Assembly: GCA_028534125.1 (NCBI GenBank)
Contig: CM052832.1
Span: forward strand, 9,736,001-9,800,000
Reading direction: 5' to 3'
Source: Lama glama
Lineage: Eukaryota
DNA: 64,000 nt
Part shown: positions 1-12,759 of the stretch, piece by piece
Layout of the letters: every line of letters begins with the position of its first letter
How positions within the stretch are numbered: position 1 is the first letter of the stretch
Notes under the pieces: model-generated
What the model was told of the DNA's origin: nothing
Databases searched by the model: none
The model's input: the letters and a program-made list of their open reading frames with translations, nothing else
Program-made: the position numbers and the translations under genes

Positions 1-720
1 TGCCGGGAAGTTACACACGTGGGGACGAAGGAAGAGCCCTGAGTGCGCTTGCTCAGTGAACTCCAAGTGCCCAAGAGGCCACACGGGGAGCACAACGCCC
101 TCTCGCGTTCGGAGGCCGAAAGTACCACCAGCACCGCCCCACCTCCTAAAAGAGCTCACAGTTCCTAGAGCTGGATTTCAGAATAGACTCATTGCATTTA
201 ACGTTGGCTTCTCTAAGTGGTGGCAGTCCGAGCCACGCTTCCCTAGCTTCCTGGATCCAGGCCCAGTGTGCCCAGCCAAGTGGGAATTCCCCGAGAAGCG
301 AGTCGGGCAGTGACGTCACTGGAGGCGCCCAGACACGCCCCCTTCCCTCGTGGGCGTGTCGACTGGGCGCTCTGGTTTTACGTTATTTCCGGAGCGCCTC
401 CCCCCACCGAAGCTTGCATTAAGTAGGTGGCTTCACCAAGTCTGGGCTGCGGGAGAGTACTGCGTTTCAGCTGTTTGATCTTGCCATCCTCCACCATGGG
501 AGTGACTTGGTAGGACTGCAAGGGATTTGGCGGGACGGGGCATGGGGTCGTGAAGGGTCCTCAGAAGGAAGATCGGGACCAGGGCCCGCCTTCCCCCGGG
601 AGCTGAGCAAGATGTCCTCGGAATGTTTGGGTTGAGAGGGCCACCGTGAGGGTTGCAGAATCTGCGGGCCTTTTCCCGCGGAGACATGCCTCCTTCCTGC
701 TGGAAGGCGGCAGGTTAAAC
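1..720. promoter_or_regulatory. CpG-rich promoter of MED20, probably bidirectional with BYSL (BYSL coding sequence not seen in the window)
   Basis: High CpG density. E-box CACGTG 16-21, GGGAATTCCC 282-291, CRE TGACGTCA 311-318, ETS-like ATTTCCGG 385-392, upstream of the Kozak ATG at 496. The head-to-head arrangement with BYSL is recalled human synteny. Confidence 0.8.
496..509 (+). CDS. MED20: Mediator subunit 20, coding exon 1 (MGVT plus partial Cys codon)
   Basis: CCACCATGG Kozak; ATG GGA GTG ACT TG|gtagga donor; phase matches the next exon. Confidence 0.95.
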
Positions 721-1874
721 GGTTTTATCTTAAGAATCCATTAATGGTCGTGTACTTCCTTTCTTTTTTTCTTGGTACATTTTCCTGCTCGTGAGGCCGT
801 AATATCCTCGGGGTAGAACTTTAGGATCGGAAATAGGATGTCAGAACTGCAGGCAGGGCTGGATGGGTGGGGGATAGGCAACAAAGAGACATTCAGTATC
901 TTCTTTAGGTTTTCACTTGCCCCTCCCTACAGCCGCCAAATGCATTTAGACCAGCCTGTATGTGGTTCTGGTTTGGGTGTTTAAGATCTTGGGTCTAGAA
1001 GGGGAGAAAATCTATTGGGAATTAGGAGTTTGGGATTCCAAGCATATCTCCTCTTCAGGACCTGCTTCCTACTATGTTTAATTACACAGTTGGTTTAGTT
1101 TGTACGGAGTTATTCCCTCTAATATGTTGTAAGTCAGGGTGGCAGGGAAAGGTATGGGCCAAATGCTTTTGGAAGCATTAGTTCCAAAATGCTAGATTTC
1201 AGGGCTTTAAAAAAAACATCGTGAGCATCTTTCCAGTCAGAGAGGGCTAGATGCCAGGATATCTGAAGTCAGTAGCTGCAGGCTTCTCATATAAGAGCCT
1301 GTGGGAACCCCTCTATATATAGCCCAGGTCTCGCACGTTTGTCAGTGACTGCACATTTGCTCCCTACACTTGACATCATGAGCCTCCTTCAAAGTCCTCT
1401 AGTGTAAAGGGGATATGAGGGATGAGAATGAAAAGTTTGCTACGCAGGGGTGTGGAAGCCTGGAAGCCCCTGTTCTTTCAATAACAGAAGGCAGACAGAG
1501 GGAAAAGGCTCTCTGTTGGGACCTTTCTCAACTTTTCCAGACTCCTAAGACTTCTGACCTCAGTAGCATCACCTTAGGGATTCTTTTATATTTCAAAATA
1601 AGGCATATCAGCATCATAATTGCTTGTTAGTGCTTTTTCTGGTGGAGAGTAATGACAATTTTTAGCAACAGTAGGACTCTTTATATCTTCATTTAGTTGA
1701 TTATGATTGATCATAAAGTAATGTAGTGTCTCCCAAAATTCAGTTACGTATGACTGTCTTTATGGTTTTTATGTAGCGACATACCACTTGAATGATTACT
1801 TATTAATGTTTTCTTTTAATTCTATTTCTTTTTCTTAAAAAGCATTTTAACAGACAACTATATATCCCTTGGGA

Positions 1875-2120
1875 CATAGTCTGGTCGAGTGGTTAAGAGC
1901 ACAGACATGGAGCCAGCTCATATGGCTTTGAATCTTGACTAAACAACACCAAGCTGTGTGACCTTGTGCAACTTATTCAACCCCCTCTGTACTTAAGTTT
2001 TCTCATTTGTAATGAGATAATAATAGTATATCTTACAGGGCTGATGTGAGGATTCAGAATTAATTCACCTAAAAGCCTTTGGACACTGCCCGGCACATGG
2101 TTGGTGCTTGGTGATTGTTA
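1875..2120 (+). mobile_element. MIR SINE
   Basis: gtggttaagagcacagac...ctgtgtgaccttgtgcaacttattcaacc...ctcatttgtaa core. Confidence 0.8.
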
Positions 2121-2294
2121 TCTCCTATTGTGAAGGAGAAGCCAGTTTCACTTACCATAGAAGGAAATCTTGGAAATAACCTTTTGTTTCATTGTTTTGA
2201 TTAAATTCTGAAACATACTGTTGCCTCTCACTCCCAAAGATTATAAACTTGAGCTTGCCTTATCCTTCATCCTAGGACTATGTCTTAGGACTTT

Positions 2295-2475
2295 ATACAT
2301 TGATGGAAATGTGCTGTGTCACCACATCTAGTACCCCAGCCCCCAGGCACATGGGGCTGTCGAGCCCTTGAAATGTGGGTAGTGCAGCTGTGGCACTGAA
2401 ATTTTAATATAATTTGTTTTATTCATTTAAGTTTAAATAGCCACACGTAGCTTGTGGCTACTGTGCTGGACAGCT
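2295..2475. mobile_element. MER3/MER33-like hAT DNA transposon relic
   Basis: tgatggaaatgt...cttgaaatgtgg...aaatagccacac...gtggcta; inverse of the element at ~52700. Confidence 0.7.
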
Positions 2476-2851
2476 AACGTTCAAATGTTAGGGATCTGGT
2501 AAAAACATAACAACCCCAAACTGAAGCTTCCTCCTTGATGTAGTCAGAACTGAAAGGAACACAAAGGAAAGCCCTCTCTCGTTATACAACTTAGTGTTAT
2601 TGAGTGCTTAGTCTGTGCCACCTAAAATCTCTTGAATGTTGGCACACATGCCACACTCGGGAAATGCTGCACTGGTGTGAGGGTCCCTGAGTCCGTGTTC
2701 CAGTTCTTAGCGGCGCTCTCCGGGACTGTGGGCCTCTATTTCCTCATCTTTAAAATGAAGGGGTCAGGCTAGGTGGTGTCTAAGGTAACTCAAGGCTCAG
2801 TGAGTGCGCTGGTGTCTCTGGATACTGACAATTTGGTCCTTTCCCTTCCAG

Positions 2852-3006
2852 TGTGTCCCAGATGCCCGTGGCCGAGGGCAAGAGTGTCCAGCAGACCGTG
2901 GAACTCCTCACCCGGAAACTGGAAATGCTTGGAGCAGAGAAGCAAGGAACATTTTGTGTGGACTGTGAGACCTACCACACAGCTGCCTCTACCCTTGGCA
3001 GCCAAG
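2852..3006 (+). CDS. MED20: MED20 coding exon 2 ([20 protein letters not shown]...TLGSQG)
   Basis: ttcccttccag acceptor; 155 nt; caag|gtcagt donor; translation matches MED20. Confidence 0.97.
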
Positions 3007-4169
3007 GTCAGTGAGAGATGGGTATGTGGGGTGGCTGGAATCCGGTTTGGGGTTGATAGATGTTCCTGTTCATTGAAATCTTTCTGCTCTTGCTGAGGGT
3101 GGTATTCTTGGACGTGTGGCAGTTGTGTTTCTGAATTCATTAATTCTCGACTTCATCTCTTAGACTGGGCCTGTGTTGTAGTATTTTTGCACTTTGCACT
3201 TTTAAAGCAGTGTTTCTTAGTGTGATGGTGACTGACTAATTAATTGCTTCAGAATCATGTGGGTTACTTGTTAAAGGTGCAGGTTCCTGGCTCTACTTAC
3301 CGACTGACTGGTAACCAGTTAGCCCCGCAGGTGAACTTTATGCACTCTACGGTTTGATAGACTCCTTTTAGGCTCAGCAGTCTTTGTATATGATTCTTTT
3401 GGAGCTTTAGAGGTTTTGGAGCTTTCTGTAGAAAGGCTTCCTGTTTCTCCCACCCAGCCAGTGGCCTTGGCTTCCTCATTAGCATAACCTTGATCAGTGA
3501 TCAACTTTTGTTATAAATGTCTTTTGAGGTAAGATGGGCTGTGAGGGGTGGTGGTAGGAAGGTAAAGAGGATCTTTGGATAGGAGTTAGGGAATCTGGGT
3601 TCTTTTAGTCTTGTCTCTGCTGTAGCTTGACTGTGGACAGTTCCATGGCACAGTGACCAAAAGCCTAGATCATGGAATCAAATAGCTGAGTCCTGGCTCT
3701 GCCACAGCTAACTGCAACTTTAGGTGATTCCCGCAACCTATGACTGTTGGTCACTTGCCTGTTTCCCCAGAGAAGCATTCCCTGCACTTCTCTTGCAAAC
3801 CACATTTGCCAGTTCCCCTTTTAGTTATCTTTCACCAGTGACAGGCACTGGGGAAGATTGAGGATGGAAGAGAGACCCCAGTCTCTCTCCCTCTCCCCCT
3901 GCTTTGGGGAGTGTCTCTGGCTGTGGCTTTGTCTCTTCCTTGGTTGGAGCTCCTGTTAAGCAGCCCTTGTTCCTGGCTCTAATAATAGCACATCTTCTCT
4001 TTTTCCTTCCAGCCTCAGGGATGGTTGTGGCTCCACGGGTTGCTAATCTTTTGGTGGTTTTACCATTCCCTTCATTTTTTCAGTTTTTCCACCTCCTGTA
4101 CTTCCTTCCCTGTATTAAACCCCCTCTACTGAAACTGTGGGCTGTGTTTTGGCACCCTTCCCAATACAG

Positions 4170-4290
4170 TTCTCTTATCTGCAAAATGAAGATAATCACA
4201 GTACTTACCTCCTGGGGTGATTGTGCTAATTAAATAAGTTAGTACATGCAAAGCACTCAGAACTGAGGTTGTCATAGAACAAATATGAAA
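4170..4290 (+). mobile_element. MIR fragment
   Basis: ctcttatctgcaaaatgaagataat...tacctcctggggtgattgtg...aaagcactcagaac. Confidence 0.65.
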
Positions 4291-4624
4291 TAAATGGTAG
4301 CTGAGAGCTTTACTGAATTTCATCATCAGTAAAACTACAGTATTTTTCTTTTGCCTTCAATAGGAAGAACACAGGAATCAAAAGAGATAATGGTTATGAA
4401 AGCACTTGGAAAACAAAACACCTGTGTGTAGATAAAAGCTGGCATGCTGCTTTTGCAAAATTCCTTGGCCTGGGCTCTTTTCCTGATGGGCCCTTTACTT
4501 TCAACAAGTTACAGTCTAGTTGGGGAAACACCACCTTTGAGGCAGACAGTGGGGTAGAATGGAAGGAGGTCAGGAGGTCTGGATTGGAATTCCCGTTCTG
4601 CTGCTTACCGGCTCTGTGCCTTTA

Positions 4625-4810
4625 GATCAGAAGTTCTCACACTGACTGGCATTAGCATCACCTGGAGGAAGGGAGGGAGGGTTTGTTAACACACAGATAG
4701 GTGGGCCACATCCCTATAGTTTCTGAAGCTGTTGGTGTGGGGTGGATAATTTGCGTTTCTAACAGGTTCCCAGGTGGTGGTGGTGGTGCTGCTGGTCTCA
4801 GAGCAAAAAC
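4625..4810. mobile_element. MER5A-like hAT relic
   Basis: catcacctggagg...tttgttaa...gcgtttctaacaggttcccaggtg...gctgctggtc. Confidence 0.7.
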
Positions 4811-6723
4811 CTTAGTTGACTTGCAAAATATTTTTGTGACAGTAAGAACACCCACAGACTCACATAGTATGAGTTAAGTCTGTAATCACAGTGAGTCTGC
4901 ACCGGGACAGAGCGGCAGATCAGCTTTGGGTGTCTTTTTACTGGAGGGTCAAAATGTTTTGAGCTGGATCTAGCAGGTGAAAGGTGTGAATTTGCTGCAG
5001 GCGGTCAGGAGAGTGTGGGGAAGGCTGGCACGGAGCCTGCTGTGTTCAGGAAGTGGCAGCACAGATAGAGGCCCTCTCACCCCTCAGTCTTCAGCAGGAG
5101 GAGGCCCACAGAGCCTGGTGATTGTGTGCGCTGGGGGAGGGGCAGCTATCCCGGAGGGAGCAGCTGGGGTGAGGCTCCAGAGAGAAGGTTTACCCCATCC
5201 CAAGCGGGCCAGGCCCCCTCACTTGGGCTGCAGCCAGCCAGGGTCATAGCGCTGACACTGCCTGGTGTCTGGCTAACAGGCCTCCCCAGGCCGGCAGTGG
5301 GGGCACTGCTGCCTGCAGCTCTTGCCAAAGGTGCCAGGAGGGCCGGGGTGGTGGCACTGGGTCCCATTCCAGGCCAGCCTGCAGGACTTATAACTGCCTG
5401 TGTCTGCAGTTTGCAGGGGCCACAGCTGAGAAGAGAAGGTGGTCACGGGAGCACTGGGAGGCTGGGAGGCAGACAGGTGATGTGTCCACCCAGGCCCTCA
5501 GGGACACTGGAGAGCATCCAGTCTCCTCACTCTCATTGCTCCCCTCTCATCCCTGTCTGAATCCTACCCTCTTCAGATTAGAATCTGAAGTCCAGGACCT
5601 GTTTTTTCCCATGAAAGTGTTTCCCACTGACTCTTGTCCGCTTGGATCCCTTCCTTCCCTGAAGTCTTCCCTTCCTTCCAAAAAACTCCGATCTATCCCA
5701 GGCAAGCACTTTTGTTTTATTATCTTTTAAAACAGTTTTTGCTTATTTTTAGTGAGATTGTCAGTTTCTTGAGGCCAGGGGCTACATACTCCACTTGTAT
5801 GCCTCTTAGACGCTAGCGCAGTGCTGGGGATAGTTTAAGTACTTAACAAATATTTGGAATTGCAGCAGTCCGTTAACTCTTGTAGTGAAAGAACTTGCTT
5901 TCCTTTTTTTTTTTTTTTACCTTCTATTTTCCACTAACCTGAATATATATGGCTTTCCTTCCTTCTTGTAGGAAACCTACAGTAATCAGTGAGAAAACAC
6001 TCACTTCTCAGAGGCTGGAAGGGGTAAATTGGGATTTGAAACTGGATCTTCTGATTCTAGATCCAAAGTTCTTTCTGCTGTGGCTGTGCTGCTTGCTTTC
6101 CAAGTCGGCTAGATGTCATAAAATTCTCCCAGGGCTCCCCACTGCCTTCAGGATGAAGTCTAAGCTTGGGTGTGGAAGACATCACAGCCTGGCTCTGGCC
6201 TACCTTTCCACCTCATGCTCGCACACTCCCCTTTGCCCCTTCCATGGGGCTGCGTCCTATGTTTCAAAGAGGGTGGAGGCTAAGGAAGGCAGGGATGGAC
6301 AGAAAGAGAGCAGCTGCTTCATTTGGTACGCTCACAAGCCGCTACTTTCATTGTTCTTATTATGTAATATATGACTGTGCAAAAGACCATATGTAAAGTC
6401 TGTGTGAGTTATTAATCAATCATCCATCTGTGAGCTGATCACTCAACTTGATTAAACCATTATCAACACTGTTCAAGTTCCCTGTGTGCCCCTCACCTTC
6501 TTCTGTCGGGCTGAGTGTGTTTTATTTACCACATGCCGCCTCGCCTGCTCTAAGTCTCCCTCCCTCTCTAGAAAAGGCTGTTGGTGCGGGGGTCCCCCCA
6601 CCTCTCCCCAGGACTGCTGAGGCAACGCTGGATTGCCGCTTGGCCTCATTCGGTGCATTGGACCCTCTTCCGGGGTTTGCTGACAGAGTTCTTAATGCTG
6701 AGAAGGATCTCCGTCCCTTGCAG

Positions 6724-6977
6724 GTCAGGCCGGGAAGCTGATGTACGTGATGCACAATTCCGAGTACCCTCTGAGCTGCTTCGCCCTCTTTGAGAACGGC
6801 CCTTGCCTTATTGCCGACACCAACTTTGATGTGCTCATGGTGAAGCTCAAGGGCTTTTTCCAGAGTGCCAAGGCCAGCAAGATTGAGACCCGGGGCACCC
6901 GTTACCAGTATTGTGACTTCCTGGTGAAGGTGGGCACAGTCACAATGGGGCCCAGTGCCCGGGGCATCTCCGTGGAG
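6724..6977 (+). CDS. MED20: MED20 coding exon 3 ([18 protein letters not shown]...RGISVE)
   Basis: ttgcag acceptor; 254 nt; gag|gtaagg donor; overlaps ORF 6741..6992. Confidence 0.97.
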
Positions 6978-8629
6978 GTAAGGCCTCAGTGAAGTAGGGG
7001 CAGATGTGCTGAAGGGTGGCTCTAAAAGATCCCCACCGCCTCTGAGTGCGAACAAATGTTTCTAGCTACCTGGGTCCTGTCTGCAGAGCAGCTGCCCGTC
7101 CTCTCCCTGTGTCGCCCTTTACACTTTCTTTAATCAGGTAGGGACTCTCTAGCCCAGGATGGGAACGAGAAGCAAGGTTCACAGCAGGCAGAAAGCTTAG
7201 GAAGGCTGGCTCAGTAGAGATGAGGAGGGCAGGTAAATTATGATGTGCAGGGACCAGTCACCCATTACAGGACGGACTGGAGCAGACCAGGGCGACTTTT
7301 CAGTGCAGTTCACTTTGGGGAGGTGGCCCCTAAATCCTGTGTCCACACCCCTCTCCTTAGTATGCGCTAAGGTAGTCTCAAGTTGTGGAGCAAAGATGTG
7401 CCTTTCCTTTCGACATGCTGTCCACTTTCTCTTGTGGTGGAAAGGGGTGTGAGTGATGACTTCATCTTTGAGGTATATATTGAAAATGGCAGAGGGAGTG
7501 TGGCAATAGCCGGCTCTGGGAGCAGTGAGAGTCTGCAGTCAACCGTGGTCCCAGCACCGTGTGAGATAAAAAAATAAGTAAGCTACAAGGCCTGCGTTTT
7601 GAAAACTTACAATTTAGTAAGAGAGCAAGGCCCCAAAACACAAACTGTGTTTGAACTTTGTCTGTAAGAGATGCCATAAAAGAGGCACGGATTGCTCTGG
7701 GAATTTAGGCCAAAGAGCACTGCTGAGTTTGGGGACAATTGTGATGCCTCCTGCAGGAGTAGCATTTAAGGAGGGACTTAAAATGTAGAGACGTGGGGAT
7801 AGTTAAATTCTGAAAAGCGTCCCAGGTGGAGAAAAGGGCATTAGTGGTAATTACTGCAGTGAAACTCCAGGGACCTCTAGGGCCAAGATTCCCTGACCCT
7901 GCTCATTTGTGATACACCTGGCATTTGCCGAGACCACTGGGAACCCCGTTTGTTTATACTCCACATTTCCAACTTTCTGGTACAAACACACCCTAACTGT
8001 TTCTTTACTTGTTTCTCCTGATTACCAGTAATTTCCCTCACCATCTCTTCAGTGAAAAATCAGGAGACAAGAATGAGAAAGCCTAGGATGTGTATGCTTT
8101 GGCCCCTGTCATGTGGGTTGAGAAATGATCCCTTAGTGTCAGAGCTGAGGCTGGATCTACCTTGGAAGTAATGTTTGGTCTTGAGGTGACTTAATGAGCA
8201 TATGTCTACTTTGCCCTCTACTGACCCCCTCCCAGCGCGCACACACACCCTCACACACCCCCACACTTTCTCCTGCTCTTCATTTTCTCTCTCAGAATTT
8301 TCCTGAGCTCTCCATGAATCTTCACCTAGCATAGCTAGAACTATATAGTTCTGACATAATCAAAAGTGGTCTTGATCTGCCTCTGGGTCTTGTGGGTTGC
8401 ACTGTGGGTTGATAACCCCAAGATGAGAATGTCGGCGCCTAAAGGGAATGATGCTGGGTGCATCCAGTCGCTGGTGTTGAGTGGATATTTCCTGTGGAGC
8501 AGCACTATGCTGGAAGGTGTGTGTCTTTGGCTCAGGGCTGGGGAAGATGGGAACGGGGGCAAGAGGTGCAAAAGACTCTGATGACCCGTCCTTGCCCTCA
8601 CTCACCTTCTCTGTTCTTTCGGTCCCCAG

Positions 8630-8845
8630 GTGGAGTATGGCCCCTGTGTGGTAGCTAGTGACTGCTGGAACCTCCTGCTCGAGTTCCTGCAGAGTTTTCT
8701 CGGCAGCCACACGCCAGGGGCTCCAGCAGTGTTTGGGAACAGGCATGACGCGGTCTACAGCCCAGCAGACACCATGGTCCAGTACATGGAACTCTTCAAC
8801 AAGATCCGCAAGCAGCAGCAGGTGCCAGTGGCGGGGATTCGTTAG
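8630..8845 (+). CDS. MED20: MED20 last coding exon (VEYGPCVVASDCW...QVPVAGIR*); total protein 212 aa
   Basis: Pyrimidine tract plus ccccag acceptor; TAG 8843-8845; exons sum to 639 nt (212 aa + stop). Confidence 0.97.
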   Translation: MEYGPCVVASDCWNLLLEFLQSFLGSHTPGAPAVFGNRHDAVYSPADTMVQYMELFNKIRKQQQVPVAGIR

Positions 8846-9426
8846 TGACTGGCAGCTGCCCGGCTGAGCTCTGTCGCCAGAGGGACTGCACAGGAGGAGC
8901 AGGTGCTGCACCCTCAGGCCCCTGGACCCCAGAGGCCCAGGGCAGCCAGGAAGGATTCCCTCCCTCTCCAGTTAACAGCTTTGGCTCCTGTTCTGGGGCT
9001 CCGGACTATCTCCCCTGACCCTCCCACACAGCCCTCCAACAGCTGTTTTCACCCTTCACCTTGCTGGACTTGGCCTGTCCTCAAGAATGGTAATTATGAA
9101 GAGAGAAGTTTCGAGCTTTCCTGCTTTAGGGGAAAAGGTAGGCTGGGGGTGTCCCTCCTAACGTCAGCGGGGAAAGCAGGCTGTATCACCGACTGCTGAG
9201 AATGTGGCCTAGGCCCACGGTGGACGGGCTGCGTGTTGTGTTTGGGTTGTGCTGTAATAAAGGCCTTTCCCTCTGCTCAAAGGATGTGGAGAAGGAGGAG
9301 GCACAGCTAATGTGATGGCTATGATTTTCTGACTGGGTGAGCTGAAGTGGCTTGTGGGTTGACTTTTCTTGGGTGTTGCCTGAGTCCTCTGAGGTCATCC
9401 TCTGGACATTTTCTATTCTGTTGTGA

Positions 9427-9877
9427 CTTGTACTAAGCCACAGGCTAAGCTGCTGTAACAAGGAGCACCTGAAGTACTGAGGCTCTTAGAAGTTTACTTT
9501 TCTGTTTTCTAAAAGTATAAAGGTAATCAGATGGTCCAAGGCAGATTTAACTCTACAAGGTCGTCAGGAAGTCGGTTTCCTTCTGTCTTGTTTAGCCACC
9601 CTTGGGGTGTTGTCCTTGGGTGAGTCAAAGCCGACTCATCAGTTCCATGTCCACATTCCACCGGGGAAAGAGAGAAAGCAGTTTCTTTTTTTAAGGATAT
9701 GACCTGGAGTTGCTCGAATCATTCTGGCCACACTTTACTGAAGTGGACTGTGGGACGTAGAGCCTCTTTTTTGGGTGATTGTGTGCCCAGTTACAACCCT
9801 GGGGGTTCTGTAACTAAAAGATGAAGGCGACAATGGGTGTGAGGGCACGAGAGCCCAGTTAATAGCCTCTGCTATAC
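9427..9877. mobile_element. MLT1-type (ERVL-MaLR) solo LTR within the MED20 3' UTR
   Basis: ggctaagctgctgtaacaa start, gtttccttctgtcttg, gcctctgctata end, typical of old MLT1. Confidence 0.6.
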
Positions 9878-10539
9878 GGAGCTGAATGGATGTGCCTAAG
9901 AATGTTCTTGGCTATTATTTTGCAGAGAATAACCTTGAAATTAAGCCATTTGGTCATGAGTTGGATTGGGAAAGGGCTGATGCCAGAGCCACTTTAGCTG
10001 GGTTAGTCATACTGGGAAGTCAGTTCCGCACCCCGGGCCTAAGTCTTGGCCTCACATCCTCTCCTGTTCTACACCAGAGTTTAGGGTTAGACAGTTGACT
10101 GTGCGTCATGGTTTCCTGAGCTCTTTCTCCTTGTCTCATCTGAGCCTCCAAGCTGCTCATTGGACCTGCATCACCTGCCCACCCCACTCCAGCTGCAGAA
10201 ATGTTCAGTCAGGCTAACATTGAGGTACAGTCAGAGGTGGTCTTAGGAAACATGTTAATGTACATACCGCAGTGTTGTCCTCAAGGATACTGTCCCCCAG
10301 TGAAGGCACCTAAAGAGAAATTGTTTTCTGATCTAACGGCTCAGATCTAAATCTATAACAAGAAGCAGGTAGTCGTCAGGTTTCCCTTTTAGCTCTGGCT
10401 GGCAGTTCAACTTTGTAACTGTGGAACTTGTCATCTGCATTTTTTGTTCTCACTCCTCAACCTCCGCCTACTTTGTTTATTTCTTTGTTTTGTTTTTACT
10501 TTTTTAATTTGAGGTATGTCATCAATATTATTTATACCC

Positions 10540-10545
10540 AATAAA
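10540..10545 (+). terminator. MED20: Likely main MED20 polyadenylation signal (3' UTR about 1.7 kb)
   Basis: AATAAA with U-rich upstream sequence and GU/U-rich downstream sequence (tttttatgtttttggcc). A proximal AATAAA also lies at 9256-9261. Confidence 0.7.
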
Positions 10546-10989
10546 ATGCAAAGATTTTTTATGTTTTTGGCCTTCTGACTTATGTTTGCTCTTGTCCAGA
10601 TTTATCTATTTATTATTTTTCTGTAGGCTGCCTCAAATCTTTTATGAGATGAGACAGCATTTTGAATATAAGGTATTCTGGAAAATATACAGTAAATGTG
10701 ACTCCAGACTTATGCATTACAAGGAGGGATTCCTAAAAACTAAAAAATAGTATCCATTGGTAGTTCCTGCTCCTTCCTTCTGTGCTGTGCCTTCCCTCTG
10801 TGTCTCCTGTGCTGTCCTGGTTCTCTGTACCCCATTCCCATGCTGCCTCCTACTTGCTTTTCTCAGATCTTGAGTACCAAGTAGTCCCATTTCCTCCATT
10901 GTGTATTCATGTCACTGCTCCACTGAGGGACCACCTCCAGACTGACCACTCCTCCCTACCCCCAGGTCTGCCCCATGGTATTCCATAAA

Positions 10990-11470
10990 TTGCTAATTCG
11001 GCCCAAAATTCAGGAAAATTGCACAAGTGCTTTTCCTCGAGAAAAACATTGTGTTTAGGTAAGGAACAGAAGTGCTTTATGCCTACATCCACTTACTCAC
11101 ATAGAATAGTATTATTGAAAAAAATATGTTCTTACATAAAACAAATAGTTTTTATTTTAATAAAAACTTCATCCAGGACTTCCTTAAAGTGAAACAGGTA
11201 TTACTTTTTCCTGTGAATAGGTGGCAGTGAAGAATACCTTGACTGCTAGTACAATTCAGTGCCATTGCCTCAATTTGTCTTAAGGCAGCAACAATTTTAC
11301 CTTTAGTTACTTTTGTATCATTAGTGCAAATGTCATCACAGTGACAAAGGCAAATAATGTCTTACTATGAAAATAGTTTTGATTTCAGGGGGACACCCTC
11401 CTCCGCCATAAAAAAAAAGTCTGCAGGGACATCAGGGCTCCACAGGACACACTTTGAGAACTACTGGTCT
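10990..11470. mobile_element. Charlie1-type hAT DNA transposon fragment
   Basis: ctatgaaaatagttttga...cacactttgagaactactg terminal motif. Confidence 0.7.
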
Positions 11471-12759
11471 AACACATGCTCAGAGCACTTGGAATCTTTC
11501 CCCCCTGGATTGCTGTTTTGAGAGCACCCCTTCAGAAGTCTCAAGTGTCTCCAAAAATCCACTCAAAAAAGCACCAATTATGTGTTAGGCACTTTGTTAG
11601 GGAAATAGCATCGAGTAAGATACAATCTTTTTTCCAAGAATTTTCTTGAAGGGTTGGGGAGTAATTAAGGAGTTACAGTGTAAGATAAGAATGCCTTAAA
11701 GAAAATTCTGTTAAGGTGTTAGACAACAAAGGGGATGCTAAATTTTAGGTTTAACTCTGAGCTCTTGAGCCACATAGCAATTTCTCATCAAACCAATCCA
11801 TCTCAGGCCTCTCCTTCAATCAAACGTCTTTAAAATGTTTAAGTTAGTTACCTTTGGAAATGTTTCACAGGCTTGGCTCCAGGCATAGTAGTTTCATGCT
11901 AGTGGTACACATGCACATGCTCTTCCCCGCTTCCTATTTTATTTGTTGTTGTTCTTTGACTTTTCTTGCTTCTGTATTTCATATTTACAAGTGTGTAGCC
12001 TTGAGCCAGTGTAGCTGGTGATGCATGTTTATTTCTTTTCCTTGCCCTTGTGTTCAAATTTAAGCCTTTTACCTTTTTCGGTCTTGGATTGGGGTTGGGT
12101 GATGTAACAGTGTTGGTCTTCTTTGGGGGAACGTCACCCCGCCCCACTGCCTGCCCTGCAAGTTATGTCAGGACAGTGCACCCCGAAAGGCTGCTTGGGA
12201 AGGAAGCCTTTTCTGAGGCAGAGAAGACTTGTGGAAATAGCCCGCAGTTCGTTGCCTGGGGTCTCCATCCCCACCATCTGTTGAACTTCTTCAGTTTACT
12301 GCTGCGAACCAGTTCCTCGGGGGATTTCCATAAAACAGCAAAATCCCGCCTGGGCCATCAGTGGCAAAAGACGTGTGCTCACCCGCCTGGGAGCCTAAAG
12401 TAACTTTTGCAAACGTTGCCTCAGGAAACTCCACAGTTCGGAGGCTGCTTCTTTCGGACAGTCAAAAATAAAGTCTTTTAACAGAAAAAAAAAAAACAGA
12501 CTGGATAGTGAGGAAGGTTTTACCCCCTCGGGAGTGGGAAGAGATGTTAAAGGAGCTCCAAAAGGAGTGCGAGGAGCCGTTGTAAAATTCCTTTACTGTT
12601 CCGCGGGCTGATGGGCTGGGGAGAAGGGGGTGGAGATGGGCTCGGGTGAGTCTCTGGCCCTTTAAGGAGGAGGGACAGCCGTAAGACTCTGTACCTTTAA
12701 GGGTCTCTTTGTCTGGAAACCTTCTTATTTACCATCCTGTGCTTCAACCAAACTTCGAC

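Noticed and set aside
6724..6729. Other exons beginning with GT (MED20 exons 3 and 4, USP49 coding exons) as recursive sites
   Set aside because: Exon-initial GT is common, these match the donor consensus much less well than GTAAGA, and most of the flanking introns are short.
6522..8911. 177-aa and 183-aa antisense ORFs
   Set aside because: Reverse-strand shadows of MED20 exons 3 and 4.
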